A DNA stretch of 63,924 nt, the filler included, from Sphacelaria rigidula (Eukaryota), in NCBI GenBank assembly GCA_964200075.2. It is 7 parts of 7 records of this genome, joined end to end, with 100 filler letters (N's around TTAATTAATTAA, not from the genome) between each part and the next. Parts side by side here need not be neighbours in the genome. Positions count along the whole stretch, not along the records: positions 54,881 to 63,924 come from CAXNAA020009441.1; 6 more parts are not named here. One strand, written 5' to 3'. The position numbers and the translations under genes were made by a program. This document shows, in pieces, positions 60,838-63,924 of this stretch. The first letter of the stretch is position 1. Every line of letters starts with the position of its first letter. The notes under the pieces were generated by a model. That model was not told where the DNA came from and did no database searches. It worked only from the letters and a program-made list of their open reading frames with translations.

Positions 60838-63254
60838 TTAAGACGGGGGCCTATCATCCTCATGACCATCGTAATCACACCACCATTTTCAATTTTTCTT
60901 CCCGTAAGACTGGGTCTCATGGAACAGATTCGAGGTAGGGTAGAGATTCAGTAATTCGTTCACGAAAACGCCCGAACACCCCAAGAAGATCAGAACAGCT
61001 TTTCTGGCACTTTTGGATGAAGTGAAACGACATGGAAATATATCCGAAATGCCCGCGGGGGGGAAATGACCCGTCTGCGGTATGACATTTTTTTTTTGTT
61101 ATGCCGAGACACATGCAGCGTGTTGTGTTTGTCGTTGCAGCTTCATGAGAAACATGAATTGCAATTTCGTTTCCTAGAATCGAAAAGGTCGAAGAGAATA
61201 TGTTTCACCTTTTATTTTCTGATCCTCTTTTTTTCATCTTGTTTCGAACATGAACGCGGCACAAGAAACACGGTGACACCAATCTTGTTTTAAGTCTATC
61301 GGTCTGTGATGTGCAACCAGTTGGAAATGTATGCCCAACATTTTGAACACATGCCCCCCCCCTCCCCCTGCGGGTGCGAGGTCAATGGTCTTTCTGACTA
61401 TGACATGCATGATCATGCATTATCGCTGCATTAGCCTGGTCCGGCGAGAATCCGGCATGCTCCGTCCCGGCTTTGTAGGGGCGGACCCCAGATGGGGTTG
61501 GCGTCGGTTGGCGCTGGAGGCTCCGTGCCGGAGGCACGTTTGTAATCTAGGCGACCAGGTTACCGTTTTTCTCGCGCGCTTACGTTTTTTTTGCGGTAAC
61601 CATGATGGTAGTCCAGCTAGATCATGTGCGGTGTGGGAGAACCTCAACTCCGCACAATGGAGATGATCGTACCACATAGTGTATAGATAGTGAGACACCC
61701 ATGAGGCAGTGTGTAAGCCGTGACTGTCTCGAGAAGTGGCGATGCCAGACAATAAAGCAGCTCATTGTAGGCTGTCATCCAAATGCAAAATAATCAGTAG
61801 GTTTTGAGCCGAACAATTGGTCCGGCGAAAACCCGGCATGCTCCGTCCCGGCTTTGTAGGGATGCGAGGTCAATGGTCTGATGACTATGGCATGCATGAT
61901 CATGAGCACATCTCCCCTTCGGGTATGTGTCGTTGGTCAGTACCACCCGCTGCATCTCCTCGTGCGCTGCAAAAATCGCAGAAATGTAAACCCCAAACCG
62001 CGCAAAACAGACGATAATACACTAGATTGATTCCGCCGCTTACGCTCGCGAACCGTGATTTTGGCGAGAAGACACGCTGTAAAACCAACTTTGATGGCTC
62101 CCAGTCTGGATTTGTTCAAACATGGGGCATTTCAGCCTCTTGCTCCGCCAGTGGTTTTAGCCCAAGTGGAGTTTACCACTTAGCAGTGTTGCGCAATTAT
62201 TTATTTTTTTCAACATAATTCGACCGCTTTTCCCCCTTGTGCGCACTGCTGCAACGCGCATCACCAGAGGCGGTGATGTGGAACTGTTGATTGTGATTCT
62301 CATAGCATATGACCAAAGTTACAGCACCTTTTGGTGTCTACAGCGCGCGTAGAGCCGTGCGTCATGAACTGCGCACCTCTGCAGACAATACGCCGATCGG
62401 TACACTATCGATGGTAATGATCCAGAAAGGAGCGCGGTACAGACCGGTGTCAATTTGCTACAATATCGGCCGCCCAGTCGCTCAAGATGTCGAAGTTGGT
62501 GGACGTGCGCGAACCGTGACCGCCAACTATCGGCGTATCATGGGGCCCGCAAGGCACCCGTACCGAGCAACACCATGCACACCACCGAATGCGGGAAATA
62601 ATCACGGTTTCAGCCTGCAACTTGCGCCGACGATCCAGTCTTAAACATAGCTTTTCAGATGCCGCGTGTTGGACCGTAGGTCCTTCCCAAGGAGCTCCTG
62701 GCTCGTGTGGATTATACCCACTTTCGGGATGCTCTAAGGTGATATTTTATACAATGACTCTTTTACGCGAAAATCCGCATACATTTTACTTTTTTTTTCT
62801 TCGCGGAAATCTGTTGGTAGGCATGGAACTTATCATTTTGATTCCTGTCTAGACACATGAATCAATAGCTTCGAGGGGGGCCTAGGGACCTTACAGACTG
62901 AAATACGTTACACACCGCCCTCGATTCCCGAAAACCTCTTTCTTGGCGACGGGGGAGGGGGGTACCGTTTTCGAAGGGGTGGGTACCCCGCTGATCAGAT
63001 GGATAATGATGATAGTAGGTACTGTACTGTGGAGTACGTGCATGAACGGCTTGTGCTGACTTGTGCTAGGCTTGTGTACAAGTTGTGTACGCTACGGTTT
63101 CACGACAGGTGGTGAGGGAATCAGACAAATGGGCTGTACCCATCTCAGTAATGTCGTGCATAGTGTTGAAGACACGTTTCGACAGTATTGTCTGCTTTTG
63201 GGGTCAAGAACGCTGTCTAGTGTCCCCCCCCCAAAAAACAGGGCTCTTTCCGGT

Positions 63255-63407
63255 ATACGTCACACGTACGTTACACGCCACAAACGTTACGTCACAAGGG
63301 TGTGACGTACCGTAACGTATATTTTCGAATGTCACAAATGTGACGTGACGTAAGGTATAATTTTTAAGACATCACAAAGTGTGACGTGACGTGTACCGTG
63401 TAACGTG
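63255..63407. repeat. Short degenerate array of gtcacaaagtgtgacgtgacgt mini-palindromes
   Basis: Three or four units, read directly. Confidence 0.7.
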
Positions 63408-63924
63408 AAGAGCCCCGAAGAAAAGAACTCAACCGAAAACATAGCCAATTCTCATTGGAGTCGACCTAAATCCCTTTCGAGACGGAGCTCTGGGGGGCGG
63501 GGGGGGGTATACCGTATTCCAGTCTGTAAGGTCCCTTGTGCGGGCTGTACTCCTAGCGTGCGCAAAAGGCGTTTTCGTCTCAACCCTTTCGGAACTGGGC
63601 CTCCAGAACGACCGACGAGGCTGGTTAGGAATGACGTGTCCTGCATATGCATGAAACAGAGGCTCCATGTTGCTAAAAATCAACGTATGTATGTAACGGC
63701 AGGATAAGATAGAAGACCGATAGTTTCATTCCATCTATTTTCAGGTGCAGGTACAAACTGTCTGAACTATAATTCGGGTGTTGTGCGCATCAGGCATCAG
63801 GCAATGTACAGATGTTTCAAGCAGTATCAGTCGCGGTGGAGAGCTTTCAACAGGATGTGGCAACCGCCGCCCGTCACTTGTGGCCTTGGAGATTGTTCCC
63901 ATCACCTTGCCACACAGCCCTTTG

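Overview
Eukaryotic, repeat-rich DNA, most consistent with a brown alga (inferred from short exons in long repeat-filled introns, TTAGGG-type repeats and the TE mix). The window is not one locus. It is seven unplaced scaffolds of 9048, 9047, 9047, 9047, 9046, 9045 and 9044 bp, sorted by length and joined by 100-bp N spacers containing TTAATTAATTAA. Host genes: three in-phase 3' exons of a COG6-like gene (scaffold 4) and five exons of an unidentified coiled-coil gene (scaffold 6). The rest is mostly transposon-derived: a nearly complete but frameshifted Ty3/Gypsy element, a deleted second Gypsy, two Copia remnants, and many non-autonomous elements (CACTA-, Stowaway/mariner-, hAT-, piggyBac-, Sola- and Helitron-like), often nested. 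The most interesting signal is the scaffold-5 Gypsy. Its integrase appears to end in a chromodomain followed by a Tudor-like domain, its Gag has a CCCH finger instead of a CCHC knuckle, and its RT has a WLDD motif. All family assignments are by eye and from recalled motifs; no searches were run.
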